64,000 nucleotides of DNA from Phoronis australis (lineage: Eukaryota; Animalia; Phoronida): assembly GCA_002633005.1 (NCBI GenBank), contig NMRA01000215.1, forward strand, positions 10,690-74,689, read 5' to 3'. The notes beneath the pieces are model-generated. The model ran no database searches. It had not been told where the DNA came from and saw nothing but the letters and a program-made list of their open reading frames with translations. Position numbers and translations under genes: made by a program. Shown here in pieces: positions 11,928 to 26,100 of the stretch; within the stretch, counting starts at the first letter, position 1, and the number at the start of each line of letters is the position of its first letter.

Positions 11928-14900
11928 GTACGTAAGTAACTCTTCCAGATTTTCGTGAACACTGCAACATCAGCGTGAATTGCTCGAAGTGTCTTGCTTC
12001 CCATGCCTTTGTTTTGAATTACGAATTAAAACCACAAAACACAATCGTCATTTCTTAGATGATTCAAATCTTAAAAATGTATTTCGCACTGTTTAGCTGC
12101 TTACGAAACAAAAATTGAGTTGGACCTTTTATTCTTATAAAGTCGGCCTCATAGTATCCCTTACTGAAGGTTTTGAAGTTGTGAGTAACGGAAATAGAAT
12201 TCTGTGACGACTTTATGAGGGTAAGCAAACTTAATTCGATTTTCGTTTTGAGCCAGCTTGATGTATTAAAAAAGAACAATAGCATTGTCCGGAATCGAAA
12301 AATAGAAGAAGATGAAGACCACTCTTTATCAATTACGCAAAAGCAATATTCTCGATAGTTTTATGACCATAAGAATAGCAATACTTTCCAAAAGAATTTC
12401 GAGAAAAGTATTTCCTCTGAAAGGCGTTATTAGGAAAGCAATGTTGATGAAAAGGCAATTGTTCTTATGAAACTCGCTTTATCGATCAGATTAGACTATC
12501 AAGAAATGATTTTTAATGACCGAGTTTTGTGTATAAGCTCAACGTGTAAACTACTGGCAATACAAAGATTTCTGCGACTATCGGAGTGCAAGTTTAACTC
12601 ATAAACCGAGACACAATTCCATAATTTACATCAACATGAATAGATTCTGAAAATTTCTTGAGGAAGGGCCTTCAACCCACAACCCCCCGCCCTTCCCCCT
12701 GGGATGTCCCATTTCCCGTGCGTACCCTTCAAGTGCATTTACATTGACTTAAGCGCATCCCTTCGCTAATTACCTGAAGATTCCATTCCGTAAATTACCG
12801 ATTTGAAAAAAATTCAGCTGCTTAACAACCAGCAGCTAAATTTTAAATGTGTTCCTTTAGTATTTTACTTTCTGTTGCTATGCGATGGCCCTAAATGTCA
12901 GTGCTGTTTTCGTCTGGTAACCTGCAAGGGTTCATATTTACATGTTTACGTATCTACGAAAATCGACTGACTCATGGATTATTACAAACTAAGTGGACTT
13001 TGATGCAGGCAGAAAGTCCGGAAAATCTCTATGATCCTAAACTTAACATCAAAGTACACTATCTGAACTTTGCCAAACTGACATAACCCTCTAAGAAATT
13101 GGTATTTCGGTGAATTTTGACGTTGGATGACGGAATTCGCTTGACCGCTTGTGGCTCAACAAAGGATTTGAAACAGTCCCTTGGGCATTTAGGGACCCCG
13201 TAACCACACTCTTTCGAAGTGTCCCCTTCAGTGCATGACCCTAGTGAAGTGAACTATTCCCAAACTGGACCCTACGAAAGGAAATATTGACCTTAGTTCA
13301 GAAATAGGCGAAGCTGTAACCGAAGTTTACGACAGGATGTTCCACTGTGCGCCTGTTTCTTCCGTGTTTCTTCGAAATTCACAGCCTGCGGTAGGGTTTT
13401 CTTGCGCTATTTTGATACCTCGGAAGGAATTATTGCACATCTTTTTGTTGGCACTCTACTAAAGTGAGATTCAGAAAACTTACTCCCCTGAATGTCAAAA
13501 TCAAACCCAAACGGGATAACTGCGTAACTTGTATAGAACTAAAATGTAACCCTTTCTCGCAATGTTTTCGTAAACATGGGTACCAAAGTTTTTCCTGGCT
13601 GCATCCACGGGATTTGCCCCTCAAGCACCCAAAGTCCGCGTTCCTGTGGCAGTGGTAGTGCGAAATTGTCCAAATCGAGTTAGTTAATTCCTCTTCCCCA
13701 ATAATGTTTACCTTCCTAAGGACTACAAAAGCGACCAATCCGGAGGTATCAGGTAAAATTGTTGTACTGGAGAGAGCGACGTAAATGGTGTCAACAGGGT
13801 CTGGGGGAGCAGGTGGCGGTAAAACGGGTACCGACTGGGGATTGAGGGGAGTAAAACTAATGTCGACCTCTGTCAGGGAGAAAATGGGTGGTGGCAGAGA
13901 CGAAACTGGGAGAGGGTAGGACGGTTGCGCTCACAATTCGTTTTCCCCCACTAAAACAAATCATCCTACATGTGCACCCAAGAGACGGAATGCTAAACAC
14001 AGCAATTTCCACGATACTTGTATGTTCAGATGAATTACTTGAAAACAATTTGTGTTAACTGGCACAGGATAAAGTTCTTCCATAAGTTGCCTAATTGTTT
14101 CTTTTCCTTCTGTTACCGTGTTTTTATGTTTAAAGTGTTCTTGCTCCTCTTTTCCCTAATATTATTTGCGTTTTCTAAATGAGCGAAACGTTGCAATTAA
14201 CGTCCAAATCAGACTTAATGACCGGATTTACGAGCTACGTTAAAGAGCTGTGAACTAATTAGAATGTTACGACCGTCCTTGCTAAGACCGCCCTGTAGGT
14301 AAAATATCTGTGTTGTGTAATAAAGAACTAGACTTTCTTGTTTTAAATATAGTCTTTCGGCTTCTTTTCAGTTAAAAACTTCATGAATAGAATTTTGTTT
14401 TACCGAAGCCAATCCACATGTTGTTTAAGGTTAGTCCTGAATTACGATCTTTTGAAAACATAACCAAATGTTTTCAAATTAACGAATCTAAATATGGAAT
14501 TTTTAAATTAAAACTTCAATTTATGAAATGTTCATATTTTAGTGATACCTCTCGCTTAATGAATTCAAACTCCTTCTGTAAAGAGGTGAAGATAATGAAA
14601 ATATTGTGTTTAAAATTACTGGACCCGAGTTTGGCATCATGTCAAACTTTCCATATGTTATACCTCGAAAAGAAACATGATCTTTGACACAGGCACGAAA
14701 ATACCCTTAACCTTGCATTCTCTACCATAATCCCGTAAAAAATAATCGGGGTACCCGGGAAATCTGATTATTGTTAGAAAATGTAAGGACACGCGACTTT
14801 GGGTATTTTTGGACCTAGATCATGGTTTATTTCGATGGATATCGTACTTAATAGAATTGTATTAATAATTTCGATTTATTCGCCAAAGTCGGGTCCAGCA

Positions 14901-16275
14901 ATTTTTAGGTGATCATTTTGCTTTTTAAACTAGTAAACCAAATTTGAAATACTTTCATTATACATTGTTTCTATACGCTTTCTGTATCATTCTACTGTAT
15001 TATGACATACTAATTAGTACAAAAAGAAATTTATTATAGCTTGACAAGAGGCAAACTCCTACGAAACGAATACTCCCGTTTGACGGTTATTTTTTTCTTT
15101 TAGTTCGCGGCGGAGAATTGGTATGGCATCAGCTATGCAAACGGGTACGTTCCGATGCTGAGGCTTCGCGTCTCTTTTACCTATTTGCCTTGAAAATATT
15201 CTGCAAAACGCTTACTTATTGAACGAAACATTTCTTTAGAAGCTTTTACGTGGTAGGTAAATCTACAACCACTGTCTCATCTCTAGACCTTTTTTGTCGA
15301 TTTATATTACAGAGCGCAGCTACGAGTTGATTCATCATTGTTTAGACGTACTGTAGACAAAGTAGATAACGCTTTGGCGGGGAGGCAGGGACCCGCCCCC
15401 ACACGAGCACGAGCAAGAGAAAAAATGTCGTCATTCTGGTATCGTTCAAAGCGTTGCATTAGACCATCTGCGAGTCTGAAATTGAAAACTTTGCTGACTT
15501 GCAGGTTGCGGAAGTAGTTTACGTTAGCAGTGGACACTTTTGAGTTCAACAGCAATAATGATTTATCAAGTGAAGCCAAAATGTGCTCAGTATATGCATA
15601 AGCCAAAATGTGCTCAGTATATGCATAAGCCAATGTGTAACACTAACTGTTGTCGTATTTTAGCCACATTTTGTTGACAACATCTTCCCCTCCTATGGAC
15701 CAGTTGCCGGTGGCACTCCAATTGTTGTCAAAAGCAAAGCAAAGAGTTTGTTTGTTCAAATGACTACCAGAGAATCTACGACTATAAATTGCTCCATAAG
15801 GTGAAGTTTGCTGGTTCTTTTTGTCTGCTTTGGAGGTTGAGTTTTTGCGTGCCAAAAATAAGATTACTTTGGCTTAGTCACGATCAAAAGTGACTCATGG
15901 AATACTACGAAGAAAATTTGTTTATGGTTGTATCACTCATGTTATCACATGAATACATTTATTGCATTGTTATAAAGCGGCTTTAAGAGTCAATGTCCGA
16001 CAACATAAAACAAAATGGCATATTATGAGAACAAAACAAGAAAATCGATATTCCACAATACAATCTCATCAAGCTTTAAACATATCAATATCTGTTTCTG
16101 TTCTCAATTTAAAACCAAACCTTCGTCTTTGTTTTCGTCGGAGTGGACATGCTGGGGGAATCCAAATTAGGCTAACCACGACCAGTTGAAGTTTCAGCAA
16201 CTTATTTTTCTTGTAATAACTGCAGTAATTTGTTGTGAAGACGGTCAATTAAAGTTTTAAAGTTTCTCTCTCTCA

Positions 16276-16323
<48 letters not shown>

Positions 16324-19300
16324 TTCACTTATCTATGAGTAATGTTTTTTTAAAGTTATGTTAACACACCTNTTGATAATATATCACTTTGTGATATTAT
16401 TAAAATCACTTTAACGAAACCTGTCCTGTTGTACCCGAAGTCTCCGCCACCAGTCTTATTTTTATTTATGTGGACAGGTCACTCATTAAGCCGCAATAGC
16501 TTTTATCATAGACCATACATGCGCGCACCCAGCCTTCAATGTGGGGGGGCTCGAATTCCTGACTTTGTGGACCTTTTTGTAACAAAAATATGGGCGGACT
16601 AAAAAAAAAAACGGGAGCACCACTGTGAATTACGCGTTTGCGCATGTTTAGTCGACTTATGCCTCGTTCTCTCGGACTTTTGGCTCTCAAAGGCGGACCT
16701 TTTTGCCCACTTCGCCAAATGGGGAGGCTCATTCGAGCCCCCCGAGCACCCCCCCACCCGCTGGGTGCGCGCATGCCATAGATAATGGATTCTTAACACC
16801 GTTATTTTCCTATGAAATTCACAGAGGAGACGCCATCTTCTTTCAATGCCAGTTATTGAGCAGACGACGAGTTTTTGGCTGGGTATTCTCCTGTTAGATT
16901 GACTAAAAACGTTTTCGGGTGTTCCGGCGGACATTTTTTGGTATAAATCCCCCTTTTGCAATCCAGGTTTCCCGTTTTTCCAGTCTCGAATGTTGGCAAC
17001 TATAGTTCGTCGCGGTTTGTGCGCTTCTTTCATACCTTAGTAGAATAGATTTAGAACTTTTAATTGGTATATGAGACCAGTTTGAGAAAATATCAAAAAT
17101 CTTAAAAATAGTGTATGAAGTTTACTCATTTCTATTCACCATAAATAATGTCGTATAGGTGAGTTCAAAAATTACATAGTGTAGGACCGAAACTGTACAT
17201 GTATATCACGTCCTCAATCTCACAAAAGGTAGAGCCACTCACGCTATGATTATCGAAATTATTTATTTCTTCATGTTTCTGTAGCGATTCAAAGAAAAAG
17301 TCAAAATTCACGTTTTCCAACACAGCCTAAATAGCCCGAACGTGTAGATGTAGGTGGTCTCGTTATCCTTAAGGCGGCTCATGATTTGAATTGACACTAC
17401 CGTTCATCATTCTAGCCAATCACATAAACAAGCTATATCTTAAAAATTATGTGACGTATCATGTTCTCATTTTTGCCTGAAGTTGTCAGACAATGACTCT
17501 TAAGGTTATTTAGGATCTTGTCAACATGTTTTTGTTAGTAAAATATCTAGAAAACTGTTGATGTTAACTCAGTAAAAGTATATATTTTCTGAAAGTAAAA
17601 ACGAATTTGATTTTTCACCTTTTACCAATCCAATCTGTTATAAATTGGGTCACGTGTTCATGTTTTTAGTGAAATTTAGCAAAAAAGGTACATGCATAGC
17701 AAAACATTGGTATCAATAACATGAACAAATTTTATTTGAGACAAATGTTCAAGGTGAGATATAAAAAACGCTGTCACAGTTTTCTAAAATATCATTTCGT
17801 TTACGTTTTACGCAACATATGTTTCACAAAAATCACAGAAGTCTTATTTTGATGGCCCCTCGTCCAAAAGTGGTACATTTGAAAACAATTCCTGACAGGA
17901 CTTAGAGAACAGTACATCAAGCCCAGTCTTGTATCTGAAAGTTTTATAGGAATAAGATCAGCCATCTTTGAGATGTGTTGTTCCAGAGTCAGTAAAATTT
18001 TGCCATTTTATAGGGTCCTACATAACCTTGACCACACCTTCCTTCACAGAAAACAGCTTTTTAGGCCGCTAACCGTAATAAAGTCGGTCTCAAATTGTTT
18101 CTTAGTCAAACTGAAGGTGATTTCCCGACTTCAAAGGAGCTGACGGCTCCTTTCTGCTGGAGACCAGGCTCTAAAGGTTGGCTTAACACGGCGTGTCATT
18201 TTGTGCGTCGAGCATGGTCTTAAGGAATAGCGCACTGCCAATTCTTTGCAAATTCAGAAATCACAAGTTAAGACCAATATCCTTTTTGGTCATAACATAA
18301 TTGAAAATGAATTTAATCGTGGAAAGTCTTGTCGCTTAATTTTAAATAAGTTGGCACCAATTTTATAGCGGGAAGTGATCTAAAACAAAAGTTCGCTTCT
18401 TGGACGGAACGCGGGCTTATAGTGGCGTTAAATAGTAATTTACAACGCTAGTATACAACATATTCTCAATTCAAGTACGTTACTAAACTCCAACTTGGTG
18501 CATTTTAGTGAAACGAAAAAAATATTAGAGTGCTTAAATCATCAATTTTATCTCAAAAAACACAAAAAACAAACTCAACCGGAAACATTATCTGACGATT
18601 CCTGCGCAACTTCTAAAATTTATGGTGCATGTCAAAGAGGTACAACATCTCCATCAAATGAGTCATTTTCACGAGGGTCTCGTCAATTTCTTTTTAAGTG
18701 ACAGTTCGTTTCACCGTGTGTGTACGACTCCGCCATCTCAAAATGCTTCCACTGGAGTGGTCAACTTTATAATCGTTACGGTGATGGACAACATAACAGA
18801 AAGAATAAACTTCAAATTTGAATACAAAGAGAACCCAAAGGTTTTCAGTGCGACGCCTTTAGCCAGTTTCATCGTGTAAGTCTTTTGGCATGTTTTATTT
18901 ATTTGGCATCTTTCATCACATCATTCCTCTCCAGTGAGTGCTTCCATTTGGTGTACCTTTGTCGTCATCTTTTTCTATTTTACTTCCTTCTTGTTTGGAT
19001 GGCTCCGACAAAAGCAATAGGGCACGCCCACCATTGTAAAGTCCCACGAGTATAATGTCAATATGACGAAAGTCTTTTGCAAGCATACTGCAGCTGTGCC
19101 GTAATTGTTTCACATTGCACTCATGTATTGGACGACAAGACTAGGTGCCCGGTAACCTACACATATTCCACAACAAACGACAGTGGGAAAAGCTGCTTCC
19201 ACACAATCTGACTTCATCTGAAAATTCGTTAATGTCTACTAATGGTCCATTGTTAGGAAGAAAATGTCTTAATGGATAGATGACGAGACGACGGTATACT

Positions 19301-20122
19301 AAAGTCACATGTGCTGTCGTCAGCATATGTTCCGGGATATTTTTTTAAAATTCACATAAGATACTGCTACGGAAAAGAAACGGAAAAAATACGTATGAAG
19401 GCGAATTTCCTTTACATCGTGTTTGTTTATCCAGTCTCATATTCAGGTGATCGCTTTGACCAGCTGAAGGCACAGAGTTCTCGTTTGTTCTCCGTAAGTT
19501 GTTGACATACGTTACAAGTGCTCTAAGAGCGTCGTAAAATTGTCTCTACTCTTTCGTTTCTAATCAAAGTTTGCGTAAAATATATGTCGGTCTAACATTG
19601 TGCTTACAAGTTTTTTCGCCCTGACTGGCTGGAATTAATAGCTTGATTGACATTTCAATACTATCCATTTTCCGATTTCGTTTTCTTCCTCTCCTTCTTT
19701 TTATTATTTGTCTTCTGCTTTTTGCTTTCTTTCCATCTCTTCTTCCATCTTATTGTCCTTCCCATTTTCTTCTTCGTCCTCTTCTGTTTCTCCAGCTTCT
19801 TTTTCCTTCTCCCCCTCTTCTCCTTATGTCTTCTCCTTATCCATCTATCTTTTTGTCGTGTTCCTTGCCTTTACAGTAGTGGACAGCTGGACAGCTAAGG
19901 CTTCTTGGTACCCCTGCGCTATGGAATTGTGGTGCTCTATCAACGTAGCTATCCTCAGTAACCACAACTTTTCCCCCTACCCTTGTCGCCACAATATTGG
20001 AGTTACCTCCGTTCGCCACAGTTTCACCCTCTCTCTAACGGCACATTCGACGGAATGCGCGTGGCTTGGAGGCGAGATCCCTATTTTGAGCCGGGTTTAT
20101 TAAAGCAAGATGAAGCCTTCTG

Positions 20123-20186
<64 letters not shown>

Positions 20187-23100
20187 AAAAGCAGTTCTGG
20201 TAGTTGTTACGGTACCGTTATTTCCAGCCATGCTTAAAATAGACTGTTCAGTAATGCTCTTTTCATCTATAGAGGCGGAGTTGCGTTGTATGTTAATGGT
20301 GCCAATCTTAACTCGTCTTGCTGTCCGATTGTCGTCATCATTACAAAGTTCAGAGGGAACGCGAATGAAGTATTCTACGAAGTAAGTCTCCTTTATCGTA
20401 GGAACATACTGTACAGCGTATAATTATTTTACCAACGTTAGTACGAACACATTTATGTCATATACTAACAGGATAGACATGGACATTTAGAAAAAGATCG
20501 AGTAACTTTGGCAAACTGGTATTCCATTCGTTAAACAGGCTTTAAATCGTTGTCTTTTCACGTTTAAACTTTTTCGAGGCAGCATATCCAAGAGAGGACA
20601 GAATGAGGCTAGTGGAATGACAGAGGGTGGAGGGGTCGAGGAAAGGGGGAGAGGACTGGCGGAATAGATACGCACTAATCGAGTTAGGAGGAAAGCGGTA
20701 AAAAGGACAGTAGAGGATAGGTAGCGGTGAGGAGGAGGGGCGGATAGGGCATAACATAAAAAAGTATGATGGAGCAGACGATAAACGGAGAGAAATAACA
20801 AACAACTGACTTAAATATGGAAATATTCCGGCAGACAAAAGTCCAGTTTTCCGTCATCATTTCAGAGGTGCAGTCACGTGAATGACACTGTTATGAAGTG
20901 TTCAACACCTGCAGTAAGCCTGCCCCCGGAAATTAATTCGAATCTTGAGCGTGGTCATATCAGCAATCATATTTTTCGCACTTGGGTTGGATTTGTCTTT
21001 GACGGAGTCGAGGAATTCAGGTAAGTCAAAGTGAAAAACAAGAAAAATTTGGATATTCTAATCTTCGCATTAAGGACAAGAAATGGTTACGTAAATGAGT
21101 TTGATACCACCCAACTGAGCCTCGGCCTTGTCCGTTTTTAAAACTATCGGTAGGGGGCATAAATATCGAACCCGAAAGTGGTAGGTTTTTTATACATTGA
21201 GTTCTTACAGAAGCAAAATTGAAGAAATGAATGTGACAACTAAATAACCAAGTTAATTTATACACTGTGCTTTGAAAAATGAAATATCTTATCTTTTAAC
21301 AGCAATTTCGCCAAAATTGAAATGTACACAACACCACAGATTTCTGAGTTCCAGGAGCGAGATCGTCTGAGATGGTATAATGCCAAGGAAACGCAAACTA
21401 TAGACATTGAGGTAACTTTTTAATTGTTGAACATATGTTAGAAAGACCTCTTTTGTAGAATTGCTGCATTGTATGCCTCGAGATTTTACTTGGATTTTTA
21501 TATATTCTAGTGGCTTCTCGGAAACATAGCTTGAAAATGTGCACTCTTTCCTTCTTCTTACCACACCTTAAACACAGAATATGCCTTTTAATAGGAATTC
21601 AAAATAGACACCATTCGTGTTTAGCAGCCCTGTATATAATAGCGATTAAATTTACTATCAGTCTCGATTCTATTCTCTACGTCATTCACTTTGCGGCCAT
21701 TTCATTGGTGCATCATCAGAAATTTAAAACTTGAAAATTTCTATCTATCAGTTAAACTTTTTTAAACGAACATTATCGGAAGATCAGCTTTGACTAAATT
21801 TGTTTGCGTCAGTATTCATTTCAAGAAGATTTTGGCAAAACGAAGGACTATTCTTGTAAACACATTATGTTATTTCGTGGATCAAGGTTGTTGTATTTCT
21901 GTTTTAACAGGCGAGTGAGTTGTATAGCTTATGGAGGAATCAGACTTCAGTAAAAATCGGCTACAATGCAACTTGCCACGTGACCTTATTTGCAGTTAAT
22001 ATGATCAGGTGCCAACCGCCCCTGCAAAGAACGATTGAAGACCCGAATGTACAAGGACCTTATAATAATCCTGCGGTTATAGTGAGTATGCATGAAAAAT
22101 ATATAACCCTTCTCCTAGGCTCCTGCTGATATGTATAGCGTTAGTTGGTCAGGGCACTGAGTTTGCTTTTTTCCCAAATAAATACCATAACTTCTTGTTT
22201 TGAAGGACTGAAATAATTGAAATGGTGTTTATTTTACTTGACAATGTTAACACACGTTTTTGTCCCATGCTTACGGGATCAGCATGAAAAACATTTGCCT
22301 AACAACTTAGGCAAACTGGTCTCAAAATGCCTTGTCGTAATTGTTGAGCCAAAATGTTAATTACATTTAAAGGCACATAGGACCCTACAAAATGTCTAAT
22401 TTGGCACAACTTTGGAACATCGTATCTCCAAATGTGGGTTCGTATTCACATTAAACTTTCAGATTGTGTACTTTAAACGATGTCCTAAAAACACTCTTTG
22501 CAATTGTTGTTAAAATGTTTCATTTTTTACGACCTATCAAAAATGGCACTTTTATAATTTTCACGAAAAAAATGAAATTGCATAAAACTACGCAAAGTGA
22601 TATTTTAGAAAACTGCAACAGCGTTTTTGAGATCTCATCATGAACATATTTTTCAATTAAATTTGATCACGTGATTACTATAGTTGTCCTGCTTTCAATG
22701 TAACTTTCTTTTTGGCTAAATTTTACTACAACCAGACATTCACTTGAGCCAATTGTTGGTGAGAATTAAAAAATCAAATTCTACAGCCTTTTCACTTTCA
22801 GAAAATATTCTTTTAGGGAATTAAAATCTATAGTTTTCTAGATATTTGACTAAGTACGCAGACCTGTTACCAAGGTCGTACAGAACCTTAAGATGGCTTG
22901 GAAGCATGGAAGCAAAAATGGGCTTGGCCAAAAAATAGACAGAACGGCTGTGACGGAAAGGATGGGCCTTCTTTTCGTTTTGGAACCTAAGATCGCGCTA
23001 CTGAATGTCATTACGTGTCAAACGATGAAGCGTTATTCACTTTGCGGTCCTCGTACCAAAGATGTACGCACCCACGAGAAACTGAAAAACAAAATTTCGT

Positions 23101-26100
23101 ATAAAAATAAATCCAGTACTTAAGAATGTATAGTTTGACCCATATTCGATAAAGTTACTGTTGTAATTTTGCTGGATGTCTATTTTAGAAGCTGACATTC
23201 ATACTTTAATGCTTTACAGTTAAATCAAACAATGGCACTACACATTCTGTCGGCAGTCTGAGCTCCACATTGAGTAACATGGGTAATACAGGCTGGCGTG
23301 TTTCAGCTCAATTGTTCTAAAAATATCAATTCCGTTATACACATATATGCCCTTGTGCAGGTAAACATTGGTAGCAACCTCGCGGTCAACGTCGGATACC
23401 TCACATGGGACTACGAAGACGTTCGCCCATGGTCACAAACCAGTGAATTTAAAGGCATTGTCAGCTTAGCTGTCATTATGTTGGGTGGAGCGTTTGCAGC
23501 CCTGTATTTCGTGCGCAGGCGACGGCAGGTCACCACTCTTCAAAAACGTGGCAGGGCAAGGGCAAATGTTTACGAACTGGAAATGGGTGAGATGAAAGGC
23601 CACCAATGCGTCCAGTCTACATATTTTCTGCCGATTCTTCTTTTTCTGTAGTCCTCACAGGGGAAACTGAGTTACTCTGTAATAGACGTTGAGAGATGGT
23701 ACTTTTTTCAGGAATTGTTTAAAAGAAATTTTTTGGAGAGCTTTTGGGTTCCATGCCTCTTTAAGCACTGTCTCCAAACTGCTTTTACATGAGGGAAAAT
23801 AATGTCGGCGGAAAACAGTAATGGTATGATAACGTCCCCCCTATTTATGGGTGATTTGTAAACCGATGTGGATGGATTGAATATATTTGTCTGAATACAA
23901 TCACTTATGAAAGATAGCGCAAAAACACAAAATACAATTGAGAGTACAATGTTCATTTAGTTATGTTTATAACATGAATTGCATTATCAGCGCGAAATAT
24001 GTTTTACGATTGTGATACTGACGTGAAAGTGCAGTGAAGTTGAATTAAAAGATTTTTTCAGGTTTGATTCGATCAAGAAGCTTCAATGAGCTTCTACCGC
24101 TGCTGGATCCAGACCTAGTTTTTAAAATGGAGCAAGCTCTTATTGAACCTGATCGCTTAACTCTTGGACCAGTAGTTGGAAGTGGTAAGTGGTGTTGTCA
24201 GATTATTTCATTCATGACAAGGAGAGATAGAATGAGGCAGAGGGACTGGGAGGGATAGGAGGGACAGGGGAAGAGGGAGAGACTGGGACGTTGACAGAGA
24301 CGGACACAAAGGGAGAGACACAGGAGAGAAAGACGGACAGGGAGGGAGGAGGAGGGTAAGGACAGAGGGAGAGGGAGATACGGGGATGTCGCGGAGACGG
24401 AGACGAAGGAAGGGAGACGGTGAGGAAGACAAACATGGAGGGGAAAACGACAACGGGAGAGACGGGGACGTTGACGGATACGTAGACGAGGGAAGGGAGA
24501 CGGTGAGGAAAACAGGGAGGAAGGGAGAAGGACAGCGGGAATGGGAGAGACGGGGACGTTGACGGAGACAAGGGAAGAGAGGCGGGGAGAAGAAGAAGGA
24601 CCGGGAGAGAGACGGGGACGTTAAGAGAGACGGATAATAGGGGAAGGAGTCTGGGTTAAATGTGTGTATTTTTTCAACACTGTTTGTTGATTTTACAGTT
24701 ATTTTTCGTTTTAGAACAAAACTTGTTATGTGTTTATCCGTGCTCGGACAGGAGCCGCCTTCCCATCCTATTCATTAAACTCATAACAATAAAGAAACGA
24801 TATAGACCACTACTCTGGCTTGTACAGATTTTAGCTTCTTCTCATCAGGTCGAAATGACACTCTCTTTTGTATTGGCACACAATGAATTAGCTTCCTGAT
24901 TTTGATTGGAAAAACGAATAAAAATATGAATACATAATGTATTTTTATAATTCCTAACATTCTAATTCTATTGTATATTATTGTACTGTATTGGACTGTA
25001 TTGTATTTTATTCATTGGCAAGAAATATAAATCGGGTCTTGTGTGTTTAACAAATTATCATCATAAAGAAGAGCTGTATCTCCCTCTGCGTAGCTGTCTA
25101 AAATGAAAACCGAATACCTTTATAAAATTGGTCTCATAATAGGCCTTAATGAGATACGATTCTATTTCCGTTATCAACAAGAGCAGCAAAATCATCAGCG
25201 ACTCAAAAAAACGCTTTATTGGCGACTCAACCTTAAAATTGCGAGATTAAAAATAGCGCATTTGGCATGACTGTGTCTTGAATTGCCAACTCATTCGGTA
25301 CTTCAAGACCAGATAAGCTCGGTTATGTCGTTTTAAAAATCCTAAAGCGCTTTGGTTAAGAATTCAATGTTAACAACTAAACAGCGGCGAAATTCCGCTT
25401 GAAGTGTTCTTGATACGTCATTTAAGGACATTTTGGGAACGTATTACAAGGAAACCTCGCTAAAGAAGCAGACGGTGAAACGGAACATGCGACAAAAGTT
25501 GCCGTTAAAACACTGAAAGGTATCAGAAACCATTTCCTACGTAAGTCAATACTAGCATGTGTCATTTTTCTCAAAAGCTTTCGCAAAAGTAGTTGACTTT
25601 CCACAGTTCGTTAGAGCAGAGATTGTCTTAGAAAGAGATATGTCGAGTGCCAGAACACGTCACCACAGCACTATTGGTTCAGTCGTCCTTGCAAAAACGT
25701 GCAGGTTTTTTTGACTCAATGTCATTTTCTCTAGCCTTGGAAAGATCAGTTACAAAGTGAGTTTTTTTATAAATTATTGATCGTCCACAACATTTTTATC
25801 CAATAATGTCAAATGTATCAACTTTAGTAACGGAAACCGACTGTCATGAACGAACAACGTTGCGTCTCGGACACGACACAAATCTCACCAGATCTCGCTT
25901 TTCACGTACTTTGGTCAATGTGACTTGGTCATATGCATACCAATACAGACGAAGTGTTCTCTTGTGAGCGTAAATGATCAAAGATTTCTTTTTGTGTCTG
26001 AGTAGTAAGATAACATAAAGATAGTTGTTATTGTTCTGAAGCCGAACAAATTTTCCTTTCCAACATCTGAATTGAATCTTGGTAATTGTGCAAGTAAACT

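Noticed and set aside
14611-14907. 26-bp imperfect inverted repeat pair
   Set aside because: Probably a decayed MITE interior. Ends and TSD cannot be defined.
11900-15144. C...W.Q.C.P as the remnant tail of the MET PSI domain
   Set aside because: The resemblance is short, and exon size, phase and sequence point to IPT2 rather than IPT1 as the next domain. Not supportable.
15962-16189. ORF with IPT-like look ([10 protein letters not shown])
   Set aside because: No usable splice sites and it ends in a stop. Exon 15664-15800 already supplies the IPT N-half in the correct phase.
19643-20103. Hydrophobic F/L/S-rich ORFs
   Set aside because: Translation of a pyrimidine-rich low-complexity intronic tract.
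20110-20385. Poly-His/poly-Gln ORF
   Set aside because: Intronic microsatellite. The real exon (20273-20381) is in a different frame.
23652-23697. Possible juxtamembrane micro-exon in RTK-A
   Set aside because: Has a stop codon in the required phase-1 frame. The flanking exons join without it.
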